Below, one piece after another: positions 49,598-58,977 of a stretch of DNA of 64,000 nucleotides. The notes below the pieces were generated by a model. It worked only from the letters and a program-made list of their open reading frames with translations, ran no database searches and had not been told where the DNA came from. This stretch comes from Actinomycetota bacterium (lineage in GTDB: Bacteria; Actinomycetota; Coriobacteriia; Anaerosomatales; SLCP01), in NCBI GenBank assembly GCA_037446725.1, contig JBBIIC010000004.1, positions 74,891 through 138,890 of the forward strand. The letters run 5' to 3'. Each line of letters opens with the position of its first letter. Position 1 is the stretch's first letter. The translations under genes were made by a program, and so were the position numbers.

Positions 49598-51853
49598 ATG
49601 GCAGCCACCAAGAAGACCGCGCGGACGACCACCACGAGATCCTCCTCCCGGAGTGGCCCCAGCGCATCCAGCTCCGGGCCCCGCGCCAGGCGTGAGGTGC
49701 TTGACGCGCAGTCCCGCAACGACATCTACGGCATCCTGCTCGTTGCCGGCGCGGTCGCACTGAGCATCGCTCTGCTCTCCGCCCGCACCGGGATGCTCGG
49801 CGGGGCGCTGGCGACGGTGTTCCGCCTGCTCTTCGGACTGGGCGCCTTCGCCGTACCCCTACTCCTCCTACTGTGGGGCGTCACCTTCTTCGTACGCGCG
49901 TTCGACATCAGCGAGGCACGGATGGGCCTCGGACTCGGCGCGATGTTGCTCGCCCTCATCGGTATGCTCGCGCTCTACGCGCCCGAGGCAACTCAGTGGC
50001 AAGCCGAGGTCCTGCAGACACGCGGCGGCTACATCGGTGCCGCCCTGGCATGGCTGTTCCGCTCGCTGTTCGGCGTCACGATCGGCTACGTGCTGCTCGC
50101 CGCGCTCATGCTAGTCGGGCTTGTTTTTGCCGGCCTGTCGATATCGGGCATCGTCGCGTGGGCTGGCGAGCGATTCGGCAGCGGGCCGAGAACGGATGCA
50201 GAGACCCTGCCGCGCGCACGCGAGCGCACACCACGAACCGTACCGCTGGCCGACCTCGAAGAGCCTGCCCCCAGGCCGGCGCGCCGCGACCAACGCGAGG
50301 CTCGCGCCGCAGACGAGGACCTCGAGATGCGCAAGAAGACCGAGCCGGCGCCCCGCGCCACGGCCCCCAAGGCGATGGAGGGCTTCGAGCTCCCGAAGCC
50401 GACGCTGCTCATCCGCAGCTCCGAGTCCGAGTCGAAGCACCGGGCGAGCGAACGTGAACTGACGTCGACCGCGCGCGTGATCGAGGAGACGCTGGCAACG
50501 TTCGACGTTCCGGCGACCGTCGTCGGCTGGATCCCCGGCCCGACCGTCACCATGTACGAGATCGAGCTCCCGAAGGGCATCAAGGTGAGCAGCATCACCC
50601 GGCTTGCCGACGACCTCGCGCTTGCGCTCGCTGCCGCAACGGTGCGCATCCTCGCTCCGATCCCCGGCAAGTCCCTCGTCGGCATCGAGGTGCCCAACGA
50701 GCGGCGTACCACCGTCACGCTCGGCGACGTGCTGGCCACGCCGGTGGTCGCCACCGGCGGGCCGCTCCTCCTCGGCATCGGCAAGGACGTCGCCGGCGAC
50801 AGTATAGTGGCCGACCTCGCCGCGATGCCGCACCTGCTCATCGCCGGGTCGACCGGCACCGGCAAGTCGGTGTGCATCAATGCGCTGCTCACGACGATAC
50901 TCATGCGGGCCACACCGGCAGAGGTGCGCCTCATCCTCATCGATCCGAAGCGTATCGAGCTGTCGCTCTACAACGGGGTGCCGCACCTGTACGTACCGGT
51001 CGTCACCGAACCGAAAGAGGCGGCGAGCGCGCTCGCGTGGGCGGTCTCCGAGATGGAGGCCCGGCTCAAGCGCCTGCAGAAGGCCGGCGCGCGCAACATC
51101 GGCACGTACAACGCGCTCGTCCAGGACGGCAAGGCCCCCGAGGGCGCCGAGGAGATGCCATACCTCATGATCGTCATCGACGAGCTTGCCGACCTCATGA
51201 TGGTCGCCGCTAAAGAGGTCGAGGACTCGATCTGCCGCATCGCGCAGCTGGCACGAGCCGCCGGCATCCACCTCGTGGTTGCCACCCAGCGCCCGTCGAC
51301 CGACATCATCACCGGTCTGATCAAGACGAACATCACCAACCGGATCGCGTTCGCGGTGGGATCGAGCATCGACTCCCGGGTCATCCTCGACCAGCCCGGC
51401 GCCGAGAAGCTCATCGGCGAGGGCGACATGCTGTTCTCCACGCCGCAGCTCCACAAGCCCAAGCGTATCCAGGGCGCCTACGTGACCGAGGCAGAGATCG
51501 GACTCGTGGTCGAGCACCTGAAGGCACAGGCCGAGCCCGACTACCACGAGGAGATCCTGCATCTGAAGGTCGCCGCCGTCGGCGGGGGGGTGGACAGCGG
51601 CGAGGAGGACGACCCGCTGCTGTGGGAGGCCGCGGACATCGTCGTGACCTCGGGGCTCGGATCGACCTCCATGCTTCAGCGACGCCTCAAGGTCGGCTAC
51701 GCCCGCGCCGGACGCATCATGGACATGCTCGAGTCGAAGGGGATCGTCGGCCCGCCTGACGGCTCGAAACCGAGAGACGTCGTCGTCGACGTGGAGGAGC
51801 TCGAGGCGCTCAAGGCATTCGAACGGGCGGACGACGCGACGGCGGAGGGGTAG
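49598..51853 (+). CDS. ftsK: DNA translocase FtsK/SpoIIIE
   Basis: N-terminal TM helices, a Pro/Arg-rich linker, a motor domain (GSTGTGKSV Walker A, MIVIDELADLM Walker B) and a C-terminal gamma winged helix (LQRRLKVGYARAGRIMD). Confidence 0.95.
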   Translation: MAATKKTARTTTTRSSSRSGPSASSSGPRARREVLDAQSRNDIYGILLVAGAVALSIALLSARTGMLGGALATVFRLLFGLGAFAVPLLLLLWGVTFFVRAFDISEARMGLGLGAMLLALIGMLALYAPEATQWQAEVLQTRGGYIGAALAWLFRSLFGVTIGYVLLAALMLVGLVFAGLSISGIVAWAGERFGSGPRTDAETLPRARERTPRTVPLADLEEPAPRPARRDQREARAADEDLEMRKKTEPAPRATAPKAMEGFELPKPTLLIRSSESESKHRASERELTSTARVIEETLATFDVPATVVGWIPGPTVTMYEIELPKGIKVSSITRLADDLALALAAATVRILAPIPGKSLVGIEVPNERRTTVTLGDVLATPVVATGGPLLLGIGKDVAGDSIVADLAAMPHLLIAGSTGTGKSVCINALLTTILMRATPAEVRLILIDPKRIELSLYNGVPHLYVPVVTEPKEAASALAWAVSEMEARLKRLQKAGARNIGTYNALVQDGKAPEGAEEMPYLMIVIDELADLMMVAAKEVEDSICRIAQLARAAGIHLVVATQRPSTDIITGLIKTNITNRIAFAVGSSIDSRVILDQPGAEKLIGEGDMLFSTPQLHKPKRIQGAYVTEAEIGLVVEHLKAQAEPDYHEEILHLKVAAVGGGVDSGEEDDPLLWEAADIVVTSGLGSTSMLQRRLKVGYARAGRIMDMLESKGIVGPPDGSKPRDVVVDVEELEALKAFERADDATAEG

Positions 51854-51857
51854 GACC

Positions 51858-52616
51858 GTGAGCGAGAAGCTCGGACACATCCTGGAGAGCCGGCGTCGAA
51901 CGCTCGGCCGGACGCTCGCTGAGGCGGAGGCGGACACCAAGATACGCGCGAGACTGCTCGCCGCGCTCGAGAAGGGTGAGTACGAGTCGCTTCCGAGCCC
52001 GGCCTACGTGCGCGGCTACATCATCTCTTACGCGAAGTTCCTCGGACTGGATTCCGCACCGCTCGTCGAACTCTACGAGAAGGAGACCGGGCACCTGCGT
52101 GCCGCCGAGCCCGTTCGCCTGCCCGAGCAGGTCGTTGCGTCCCGCGGGCACGGCCAGCACCTCCCTCTTCGTACGGCACTCATCGTGCTCGCACTCCTCA
52201 TCACCCTCGGCGGCGTCATCTGGGCCGTTTCTGCGGTGCTGAGCGGCCCGGAGGACCCGCCCCCCATCCCCACAGTGCCCGAAGCCACGTCCACGCCCGA
52301 GCCGGGCGAAGAGACGTCCGTACCCGGGGAGACCGAGGAGCCGGGTGCGGCGGAAGAGGAGCCCGCCACCGCGAAGCCCTTCACCCTCAGGGTCAGCATC
52401 GCCCGCGACAGCGCCTCGTGGCTCCGCGTGACAGTTGACGGGCTGGTCGCCTACGAAGGCACCATGGCCGGCGGTCAGACAGACGAATGGGAGGTGACCG
52501 AGGAGGCATCCGTAAGAATCGGCAGGCCCACGGCGGTCACCGTGTATCGTGACGACGTAGAGCAAGACATCCCGGAGGGCGACCCGCCCACTCTGGTTCT
52601 GTCCGCAACTCAGTAG
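51858..52616 (+). CDS. RodZ-like membrane-anchored HTH protein
   Basis: N-terminal XRE-type HTH (LG.ILESRRRTLGRTLAEAEADTKIR...L..LE.G) and one TM segment (ALIVLALLITLGGVIWAV). A Pro/Glu linker and a DUF4115-like C-terminus follow. It sits where ymfM/rodZ lies upstream of pgsA in Bacillus. Confidence 0.7.
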   Translation: MSEKLGHILESRRRTLGRTLAEAEADTKIRARLLAALEKGEYESLPSPAYVRGYIISYAKFLGLDSAPLVELYEKETGHLRAAEPVRLPEQVVASRGHGQHLPLRTALIVLALLITLGGVIWAVSAVLSGPEDPPPIPTVPEATSTPEPGEETSVPGETEEPGAAEEEPATAKPFTLRVSIARDSASWLRVTVDGLVAYEGTMAGGQTDEWEVTEEASVRIGRPTAVTVYRDDVEQDIPEGDPPTLVLSATQ

Positions 52617-52653
52617 CACCCGCTCGAGCGACCTTCGGAGGAGTGAACGGCAG

Positions 52654-53151
52654 ATGGCCAAGGAACAAAGCTTCGACGTAGTCTCGCAGGTGGACATGCA
52701 GGAGGTCGACAACGCGGTCCAGCAGGCCTCCAAGGAGCTCAAACAACGCTACGACCTCAAGGACAGCGGCGCCACGCTCGCACTCGACAAGTCGGCGGCG
52801 ACCGTGACGGTTGCCGCACCGACCGACTTCGTCGGCCGCCAGGTCATCGACGTGCTCGGCAGCAAACTCGTGCGCCGCGGGGTCGACCTCAAGGCGCTGG
52901 CCTGGGGGGTGCCGGAGTCGGCATCGGGCGGCAGCGTCCGGATCACCGCGAAGATCGTCAACGGTATCGAAGCCGATCTGGCGCGACGCATCAACAAGGA
53001 CATTCGCGACAGGAAACTCAAGGTCAAGGTGCAGATCGAAGGCGACAAACTGCGCGTGTTCAGTCCGAAGCGCGACGAGCTTCAGGACGTGATCACCTTC
53101 CTCAAGGAGCAGGATTACGGGATCCCGCTGCAGTACACGAACTACCGGTGA
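52654..53151 (+). CDS. yajQ: YajQ-family (UPF0234) nucleotide-binding protein
   Basis: SFDVVSQVDMQEVDNAV.QA.KE...RYD.K...A....... and a C-terminal LQYTNYR, the typical YajQ pattern. Confidence 0.9.
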   Translation: MAKEQSFDVVSQVDMQEVDNAVQQASKELKQRYDLKDSGATLALDKSAATVTVAAPTDFVGRQVIDVLGSKLVRRGVDLKALAWGVPESASGGSVRITAKIVNGIEADLARRINKDIRDRKLKVKVQIEGDKLRVFSPKRDELQDVITFLKEQDYGIPLQYTNYR

Positions 53152-53154
53152 CGC

Positions 53155-54450
53155 ATGGCCCCTCTTCCCGCTGTCGCCTTCCTGACGCTCGGATGCCCGA
53201 AGAACGAGGTCGACTCGGACAAGATGCGCGCGTCCGTGGTCGGGTCTGATTACCGGATTACCGACGACCTCGAGAACGCCAACGTCATCGTGCTGAACAC
53301 CTGCGGGTTCATCACCGATGCGGTCGAGGAATCGGTGTCGACCGCGCTCGATCTTGCCGACTGGCGCGACGCGAAGCCCGGGCGGTTCCTCGTCGTGGCC
53401 GGCTGCATGGTGTCGCGCTACGGGGATGCGCTCGCCGAGGCGATGCCCGAAGCCGACGCGTTCCTGCTCGTCGCCGACGAGGCCGCACTGCTCTCTGTCG
53501 TCGAGCGTCTCACTGGTGCCGCTCCTGGAGCTTCACGCGGACCGTCGCGGACGGGAGGAGCCGTTACCGAGTACCTGCAGATCGCGGACGGTTGCTTCCG
53601 GACGTGCGCCTACTGCACCATCCCGGCGATCCGGGGGCCGTATCGCAGCCGCCCGCTCGAGGAACTGACCGCCGAGGCGTCGTTTCTGGTGAGCCGGGGT
53701 GCGAGGGAACTCGTGCTCATCGGGCAGGACACCTCCTCGTGGGGCCGCGACCTTCCCGGCACAGCCGACATTGCCGACGTGATCAGCGCGGTGTCCGCGA
53801 CTCCCGGGCTCGACTGGCTGCGGCTCATGTACGTCCAACCCGACACCGTGACGCCCCGGCTGGTCGAGACCATGGCATCCACCGGTACCGTCCGCCACTA
53901 CCTCGACATGCCGCTCCAACACACCTCGCCGAAGGTACTGAGGGCGATGCACAGAAGCGGCTCGGGCGGCTCCTTCCTCGAGCTCATCGGACAGCTGCGC
54001 GACGCCATGCCCGACATCGTGCTTCGCTCCACATTCATAGCCGGATTCCCGGGTGAGACCGAGGGCGAACTCGACGAGCTTCTGGGATTCATCGAAGTGG
54101 CGAGCCTCGACTACGCCGGAGTGTTCCCGTTCTCGCCCGAAGAGGGGACGCCCGCGGCCGGGCTTCCCGGCCAGCTCCCGGACGAGGAGCGTCTCGAGCG
54201 GGCCAACAGGGTGCGCGAAGCCGCGGATGAGATCAGCACCGCACGCGCCGCGCGCCGGGTGGGTTCGGTCCTCGAGGTGCTGTCCGAGGGGCCCGATGTC
54301 GAGGGGTTCCCGATCGGCAGGTGGAGCGGTCAGGCGCCCGAGGTCGACGGGTATGTCATTCTCGACCGCGAGATCGAGGCCGGACGACTCGTGAGGGTGC
54401 GCATCGATGCCTCCTACGGATACGACCTCGAAGGTGAGGTGCTTGAGTGA
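53155..54450 (+). CDS. rimO: Ribosomal protein S12 methylthiotransferase RimO
   Basis: LGCPKNEVDS (UPF0004), the radical-SAM motif CAYCTIPAIRG, and a C-terminal TRAM domain. Confidence 0.9.
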   Translation: MAPLPAVAFLTLGCPKNEVDSDKMRASVVGSDYRITDDLENANVIVLNTCGFITDAVEESVSTALDLADWRDAKPGRFLVVAGCMVSRYGDALAEAMPEADAFLLVADEAALLSVVERLTGAAPGASRGPSRTGGAVTEYLQIADGCFRTCAYCTIPAIRGPYRSRPLEELTAEASFLVSRGARELVLIGQDTSSWGRDLPGTADIADVISAVSATPGLDWLRLMYVQPDTVTPRLVETMASTGTVRHYLDMPLQHTSPKVLRAMHRSGSGGSFLELIGQLRDAMPDIVLRSTFIAGFPGETEGELDELLGFIEVASLDYAGVFPFSPEEGTPAAGLPGQLPDEERLERANRVREAADEISTARAARRVGSVLEVLSEGPDVEGFPIGRWSGQAPEVDGYVILDREIEAGRLVRVRIDASYGYDLEGEVLE

Positions 54451-55055
54451 AGCTCCGGATGAACTGGGCGAACCGCGTGACCGTCTTGCGCATGGTCTTC
54501 ATACCGGTCTTCGTGGTCACATTGCTCGCGAATATGCCCGACTGGGGACCCGTCTGGGCGGCCGGCCTGTTCACCCTGCTCGCCGTGACCGACGGGGTGG
54601 ACGGCTACCTCGCACGGTCGCGCAACGAGGTGACCACCTTCGGCAAGTTCCTCGACCCGCTTGCCGACAAGCTGCTCGTGACCGCCGCGCTGGTCGCACT
54701 GGTCGACCTGGGGTCACTGGCGGCATGGATCGCGCTCGTGATCATCAGCCGTGAGTTCATCGTTTCGGGTCTGAGGATGGTCGCCGTGGCGGAGGGCAAG
54801 GTCATCGCAGCGTCGAACTACGGCAAGGTCAAGACGGTCTTTCAGATCCTCGCGATCATCGGGTTCATCATCAAGGACTCGGAACCGCTCGTTCGCATCC
54901 TGGGCGCGCAGGGTGCCGAGCTCTTCGCATCGACCGCGTGGCTGCTCATGGGAATCGCCATCGCGCTCACCATCGTCTCGATGATCGACTACTTCTACCA
55001 CGCGCGTGACGTGATCAGCGGCCCGTGGGAGACCGCGGGGGGGACTGACCCGTGA
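54447..55055 (+). CDS. pgsA: CDP-diacylglycerol-glycerol-3-phosphate 3-phosphatidyltransferase
   Basis: CDP-alcohol phosphatidyltransferase motif DGVDGYLAR....T.FGKFLDPLADK. Confidence 0.9.
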   Translation: MKLRMNWANRVTVLRMVFIPVFVVTLLANMPDWGPVWAAGLFTLLAVTDGVDGYLARSRNEVTTFGKFLDPLADKLLVTAALVALVDLGSLAAWIALVIISREFIVSGLRMVAVAEGKVIAASNYGKVKTVFQILAIIGFIIKDSEPLVRILGAQGAELFASTAWLLMGIAIALTIVSMIDYFYHARDVISGPWETAGGTDP

Positions 55056-56308
55056 GACGCCGTGAGCAGCACACGCGTCAGCCGGCAGCGATTGTCGCGG
55101 TCGGGACCGAACTGGTCGCCGGGCTGCGCGCCGACACCAACGGCGAGGAGATCGCGCGCGCGCTCGTCACCTGCGGCTACGAGGTCGTAATGCGTGAGGT
55201 GCTGCCCGACCACCTCGAGCGGCTCTCTGGGCGACTCGCCGCTATCGCGAGCTCCGTCGAGCTCCTGGTCGTCACCGGCGGCCTCGGGCCCACCCACGAC
55301 GACCTCACGCGAGAAGCGACCGCCCGCGCTCTCGGGATCGGGATCCGCCGCGACGAGACCATCGCCGCCCGGCTGCGACCGGTCGTCGAGCGGCACCGGG
55401 AGCCGGGCGCTGGGAGCCAGGTACTCCGCCAGGCCGACGTGTTGGAAGGGGCGCACGTCCTGCAACCCCGGACGGGGACGGCCCCCGGGCAGCTGATACC
55501 GACCGAGTGCGGACACCTCCTGCTGCTGCCAGGACCACCCCACGAGCTCAGGCCGATGCTCTCAGAAGCACTCTCCCTCCTGCCCACGGTGCCGGTCGCG
55601 GCGCCACGCATCCTGGGATGCGTGGACGTACCGGAATCCGACGTTCAAATCGCCGCGCAGCGGGTGCTGGCCTCGCACCCCGGCATCGGGCTCGCGGTCC
55701 TCGCGCGTCCCTCGGTGATCGAGGTCGTCCTCTTCGACGAGGGAGGCGGCGCTGAGGCGCTCGACGAGGCGGCATCGCAGGTCGGAGAGGCTCTCGGCGA
55801 AGGATGCTTCGCCGATGACGGCGCGACGCTGGCACAAACAGTCGTACGCTCCGCAACCGAACGCGAGCTCAGCCTCGCACTGGCTGAGTCGTGCACCGGC
55901 GGCATGATCGCCGCCGAACTCACCGGTGTCCCCGGTGCCTCGGCCGTGTTCCGCGGTTCGGCCGTGACCTACGCCGACAACGCGAAGACGGACATGCTCG
56001 GCGTCGATCCACAGACCATAGAGACCCATGGAGCTGTGAGCGCCGAGACCGCGGCGGACATGGCCGCCGGCGTCCGTCGCCTGCTCGATGCCGACCTCGC
56101 GCTCGCGGTGACGGGTATCGCAGGACCCGGCGGGGGAGACGCACGCAAGCCGGTGGGCACCGTCTGGTTCGCTGTGGATACCCGCGAACGGACGTCGGTG
56201 ACTCATCGCGCCTTCGCGGGCGACCGAGCGGTCGTCCGGGCGAGAGCCACCGCGATCGGGCTGAATCTGCTGCGGCGGGAGATCGCGTCGCACGCAGGCA
56301 ATGAGTGA
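55052..56308 (+). CDS. cinA: CinA (MoCF-like domain plus NMN deamidase PncC domain)
   Basis: N-terminal VGTELV.G...DTN and TGGLGPT.DD. The C-terminal domain reads AESCTGG..A..LT..PG.S..F.G..V.Y. Confidence 0.88.
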   Translation: MRRREQHTRQPAAIVAVGTELVAGLRADTNGEEIARALVTCGYEVVMREVLPDHLERLSGRLAAIASSVELLVVTGGLGPTHDDLTREATARALGIGIRRDETIAARLRPVVERHREPGAGSQVLRQADVLEGAHVLQPRTGTAPGQLIPTECGHLLLLPGPPHELRPMLSEALSLLPTVPVAAPRILGCVDVPESDVQIAAQRVLASHPGIGLAVLARPSVIEVVLFDEGGGAEALDEAASQVGEALGEGCFADDGATLAQTVVRSATERELSLALAESCTGGMIAAELTGVPGASAVFRGSAVTYADNAKTDMLGVDPQTIETHGAVSAETAADMAAGVRRLLDADLALAVTGIAGPGGGDARKPVGTVWFAVDTRERTSVTHRAFAGDRAVVRARATAIGLNLLRREIASHAGNE

Positions 56309-56873
56309 GATGCGTGCCTTCCTCGGGATCGACCTGGATGACGACGCGCGCGCCGTGGTCGCCGACTTCGCACAGGCCGCTCGCAGTGCCGTACCCGGCT
56401 GGATGGGCGAGAAGTGGGTCCCCCAGGAGAGCCTTCACCTGACCTTACGGTTCCTTGCGGACGTGGAGCGAGCGTTCATAGAAGAACTGCTCGGGGCACT
56501 CGCGCCGGCGCTCGAACGGCATGACCCCTTCGCGATCGCGCCACTCGTCCCGGTCGAGCCGGTTCCGGGCCCCCGTCGCGCCCGCATGCTCTGGACCCGC
56601 TACGACGACCCTGAAGGCCGCTGCGGCGCTCTGGCGGCCACGATCGACGATGTCCTTGCACCGCTCGGCGTGCCGCCCGAGACCCGCCCGTTCGTCCCTC
56701 ACGTCACGCTCGCCCGGGCGCGCAGGCCACGCGTGTTCGCGCCACTCCCAGACCTTGCAGCGGGACCGGCCGCGTCGTTGTCAGTGCGCGAGGTTACCCT
56801 CTTCTCGAGCGTGTTGAACCGGTCAGGCCCTCGCTACGAGCGTCTCGACCGCATCCCGCTCGGAGTGCGTTGA
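56301..56873 (+). CDS. thpR: RNA 2',3'-cyclic phosphodiesterase (2H family, ThpR/LigT)
   Basis: Two H-x-T-x motifs (HLTLRFL and HVTLARA) in a 190-aa protein. Confidence 0.85.
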   Translation: MSEMRAFLGIDLDDDARAVVADFAQAARSAVPGWMGEKWVPQESLHLTLRFLADVERAFIEELLGALAPALERHDPFAIAPLVPVEPVPGPRRARMLWTRYDDPEGRCGALAATIDDVLAPLGVPPETRPFVPHVTLARARRPRVFAPLPDLAAGPAASLSVREVTLFSSVLNRSGPRYERLDRIPLGVR

Positions 56874-56898
56874 CATCGAACACGTGTTCGTGTACGTT
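56870..56898 (+). promoter_or_regulatory. recA promoter
   Basis: TTGACA (56870-56875), 17-nt spacer, TACGTT (56893-56898). Confidence 0.6.
56877..56890 (+). promoter_or_regulatory. LexA operator (Gram-positive/actinobacterial SOS box)
   Basis: The perfect palindrome CGAACACGTGTTCG matches CGAAC-N4-GTTCG. It lies in the spacer between the -35 and -10 elements of recA. Confidence 0.8.
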
Positions 56899-56946
56899 CG
56901 TGGCGGCCCCGAGGGAGTCGCCGCTGAGAAGAAGGGGAGCGACCCG

Positions 56947-57993
56947 ATGGATTCCGAGAAGAACAAGGTCCTGGACGTCACCAAGGAGCAGATCGAGCGC
57001 AAGTTCGGCAAGGGCTCCCTGATGAAGCTCGGGGAACACGCTGCGATAACGCAGGTCGCCGCCATACCCACCGGCTCGCTCGCGCTCGACGCGGCACTCG
57101 GGATAGGCGGGGTTCCGCGCGGCAGGATCGTGGAGATCTTCGGACCAGAGTCGAGCGGCAAGACCACACTTGCGCTCCAGATCGTCGCCGAAGCGCAGGC
57201 CGCAGGCGGCATCGCCGCGTTCATCGATGCGGAGCACGCTCTGGACCCGAGCTATGCCGCCCGGCTCGGCGTGGACATCGACGAGATCCTCATCTCGCAG
57301 CCCGACACCGGCGAGCAGGCACTCGAGATCGCGGACATGCTGGTACGCAGCGGCGCCATCGACGTCATCGTCATCGACTCGGTCGCTGCCCTCGTCCCGC
57401 GGGCCGAGATCGAAGGCGAGATGGGCGACGCGTCGGTCGGCTTGCAGGCGCGCCTCATGAGCCAGGCGTTGCGCAAGCTCGCCGGCTCACTGAACCGCTC
57501 GAACACAACATGCATCTTCATCAACCAGCTGCGTGAGAAGATCGGCGTCATGTTCGGCAGTCCGGAAACCACCACCGGCGGACGTGCGCTGAAGTTCTTC
57601 TCGACCGTCCGTATCGACGTGCGCAGGATCGACTCGATCAAGCAGGGCACCGAGATCGTCGGTAACCGCGTGCGCGCGAAGGTCGTCAAGAACAAGGTCG
57701 CCGCACCCTTCCGCCTCGCGGAGTTCGACATAATGTACGGCACCGGGATCTCCAAGGAGGGCAACCTCATCGACCTCGGCGTCGAAGAAGCCGTCGTGTC
57801 GAAGTCCGGTGCCTGGTACACGTACGGCGACGAGCGTCTCGGGCAGGGACGGGAGGCCGCCAAGGACTATCTGCGCGAGCACACCGCGCTTCGCAACGAA
57901 ATCGAGCACAAGATCCGCGAGAACATCGGCCTGCCGGTCAACGGCTCCACCCCCGTGGCCGAACTCGTCTCCGAGGTAAGCGAGGAGAGCTAG
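56947..57993 (+). CDS. recA: Recombinase RecA
   Basis: [34 protein letters not shown] and the L2 loop. I prefer ATG 56947 over the track start at 56884. Confidence 0.98.
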   Translation: MDSEKNKVLDVTKEQIERKFGKGSLMKLGEHAAITQVAAIPTGSLALDAALGIGGVPRGRIVEIFGPESSGKTTLALQIVAEAQAAGGIAAFIDAEHALDPSYAARLGVDIDEILISQPDTGEQALEIADMLVRSGAIDVIVIDSVAALVPRAEIEGEMGDASVGLQARLMSQALRKLAGSLNRSNTTCIFINQLREKIGVMFGSPETTTGGRALKFFSTVRIDVRRIDSIKQGTEIVGNRVRAKVVKNKVAAPFRLAEFDIMYGTGISKEGNLIDLGVEEAVVSKSGAWYTYGDERLGQGREAAKDYLREHTALRNEIEHKIRENIGLPVNGSTPVAELVSEVSEES

Positions 57994-57999
57994 CACCCC

Positions 58000-58647
58000 G
58001 TGGACGGCGACGCGCCGGGCATCGTCGAGCTCTCGAGCCCCCGCGGGCGAAGCCGCGTCCGTTCCGTCGCGCTCGACGGCATCGAGGTCCGCAGGACCAG
58101 CGTCGACGCCCTCAGGCTCGCCGGAGTGAGCGACGGGGACTCCATGTCCCGCGACGAACTCGGACGCCATCTCGACGAGTCGGAGTCGCGAGCGGCGATG
58201 AACCGCGCGCTGAGACTGCTCGGCCACCGGGAGCGGTCAGACGCCGAGCTTGGTGCCCGTCTGAGTGAGGACGGCTATCCGGTCCGCGTGATCGCCCAGG
58301 TGCTGTCCCGCCTGTCCGACTACGGCTACCTCGACGACGCGCGTTTCGCCGACGACTACGTCCGCTCGAAGAGGTCCGCGGGCTGGGGGAGGCGTCGGAT
58401 CTCGAGAGGTCTCGCAGAAAAGGGGGTGGCCGAGGAAGTCGCCGCGGCCGCCCTCGAAACCTCTCTGCCGGAGTCCGACGAGTTCGAGCGAGCATGCGCC
58501 GTCGTCTCCGGAGTGGACGTCTCGACCCCCGCAGGCGCCGCCAGAGCGCTCAGGAGGCTCGTGGGCCGCGGTTTTGACTACGATGTCGCCCGCCGGGTCA
58601 TCGACCGGCAGAGGAGCTGTGGCGACGGGTGCGCCGACGACCTGTGA
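58000..58647 (+). CDS. recX: RecA regulator RecX
   Basis: Repeated helical RecX pattern (A...AL..L..RERS..EL..RL...G, YLDD.RFA..YVRSK) immediately after recA. Confidence 0.88.
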   Translation: MDGDAPGIVELSSPRGRSRVRSVALDGIEVRRTSVDALRLAGVSDGDSMSRDELGRHLDESESRAAMNRALRLLGHRERSDAELGARLSEDGYPVRVIAQVLSRLSDYGYLDDARFADDYVRSKRSAGWGRRRISRGLAEKGVAEEVAAAALETSLPESDEFERACAVVSGVDVSTPAGAARALRRLVGRGFDYDVARRVIDRQRSCGDGCADDL

Positions 58648-58650
58648 ATC

Positions 58651-58680
58651 TTGACACTTTCCGCTGCTGAACCGTACTAT
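58651..58680 (+). promoter_or_regulatory. Near-consensus sigma-70 promoter in the recX-rny gap
   Basis: TTGACA (58651-58656), 18-nt spacer, TACTAT (58675-58680). Confidence 0.6.
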
Positions 58681-58685
58681 GAGCC

Positions 58686-58864
58686 AGGCATATGTGATTC
58701 TCCGCCGCACAACGCGACAAGCTATGCCGGCGGTTTCGCACGAGCGACTCTAGACAGGCGACATCGCCCGGACCCTGAGGTCCGGCTTTGCGCATACCTG
58801 GCATATCGCATCGCGAGCAGCGTGATATCACATCTGCCGGACGCCGTGGCGTCCGGTTTTCTTG
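58686..58864 (+). ncRNA. Candidate structured RNA of about 180 nt (orphan sRNA or cis-acting rny leader/attenuator). The family was not recognised.
   Basis: It is bounded by the promoter above and an intrinsic terminator. A long-range helix pairs 58687-58698 with 58827-38. Local hairpins lie at 58702-33, 58768-85 and 58801-29. No plausible coding potential. Confidence 0.45.
58837..58864 (+). terminator. Intrinsic terminator
   Basis: CCGGACGC-cgtg-GCGTCCGG forms an 8-bp GC stem with a 4-nt loop, followed by TTTTCTTGTT. Confidence 0.75.
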
Positions 58865-58977
58865 TTCGCATCGCGTCCTGCCACTGACCGACACTCACGA
58901 GGCCAGAGGACCTGCCGGAACCGGCCTGCCACGCTAACGCACACGATAGAACCGGTCACGGGAAGGGAGGGTACACG

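Noticed and set aside
58686-58864. Assignment of the recX-rny RNA to a known family (6S RNA, SRP RNA or TPP riboswitch).
   Set aside because: The length is 6S-like, but the fold looks multi-hairpin rather than a single rod with a central bubble. GAGGTCCGG superficially resembles the SRP domain IV stem, but the GGAA loop and symmetric-loop motifs are absent. ACCTGGCATATCGC resembles part of the TPP consensus only loosely, and the CTGAGA/pyrimidine-sensor half does not fit. I therefore leave it unclassified.
58651-58887. A 78-aa ORF spanning the recX-rny intergenic region.
   Set aside because: It has no RBS, and its first codon would lie inside the -35 element. It runs straight through an intrinsic terminator hairpin. 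Its composition is not protein-like. The region is better explained as a structured RNA.
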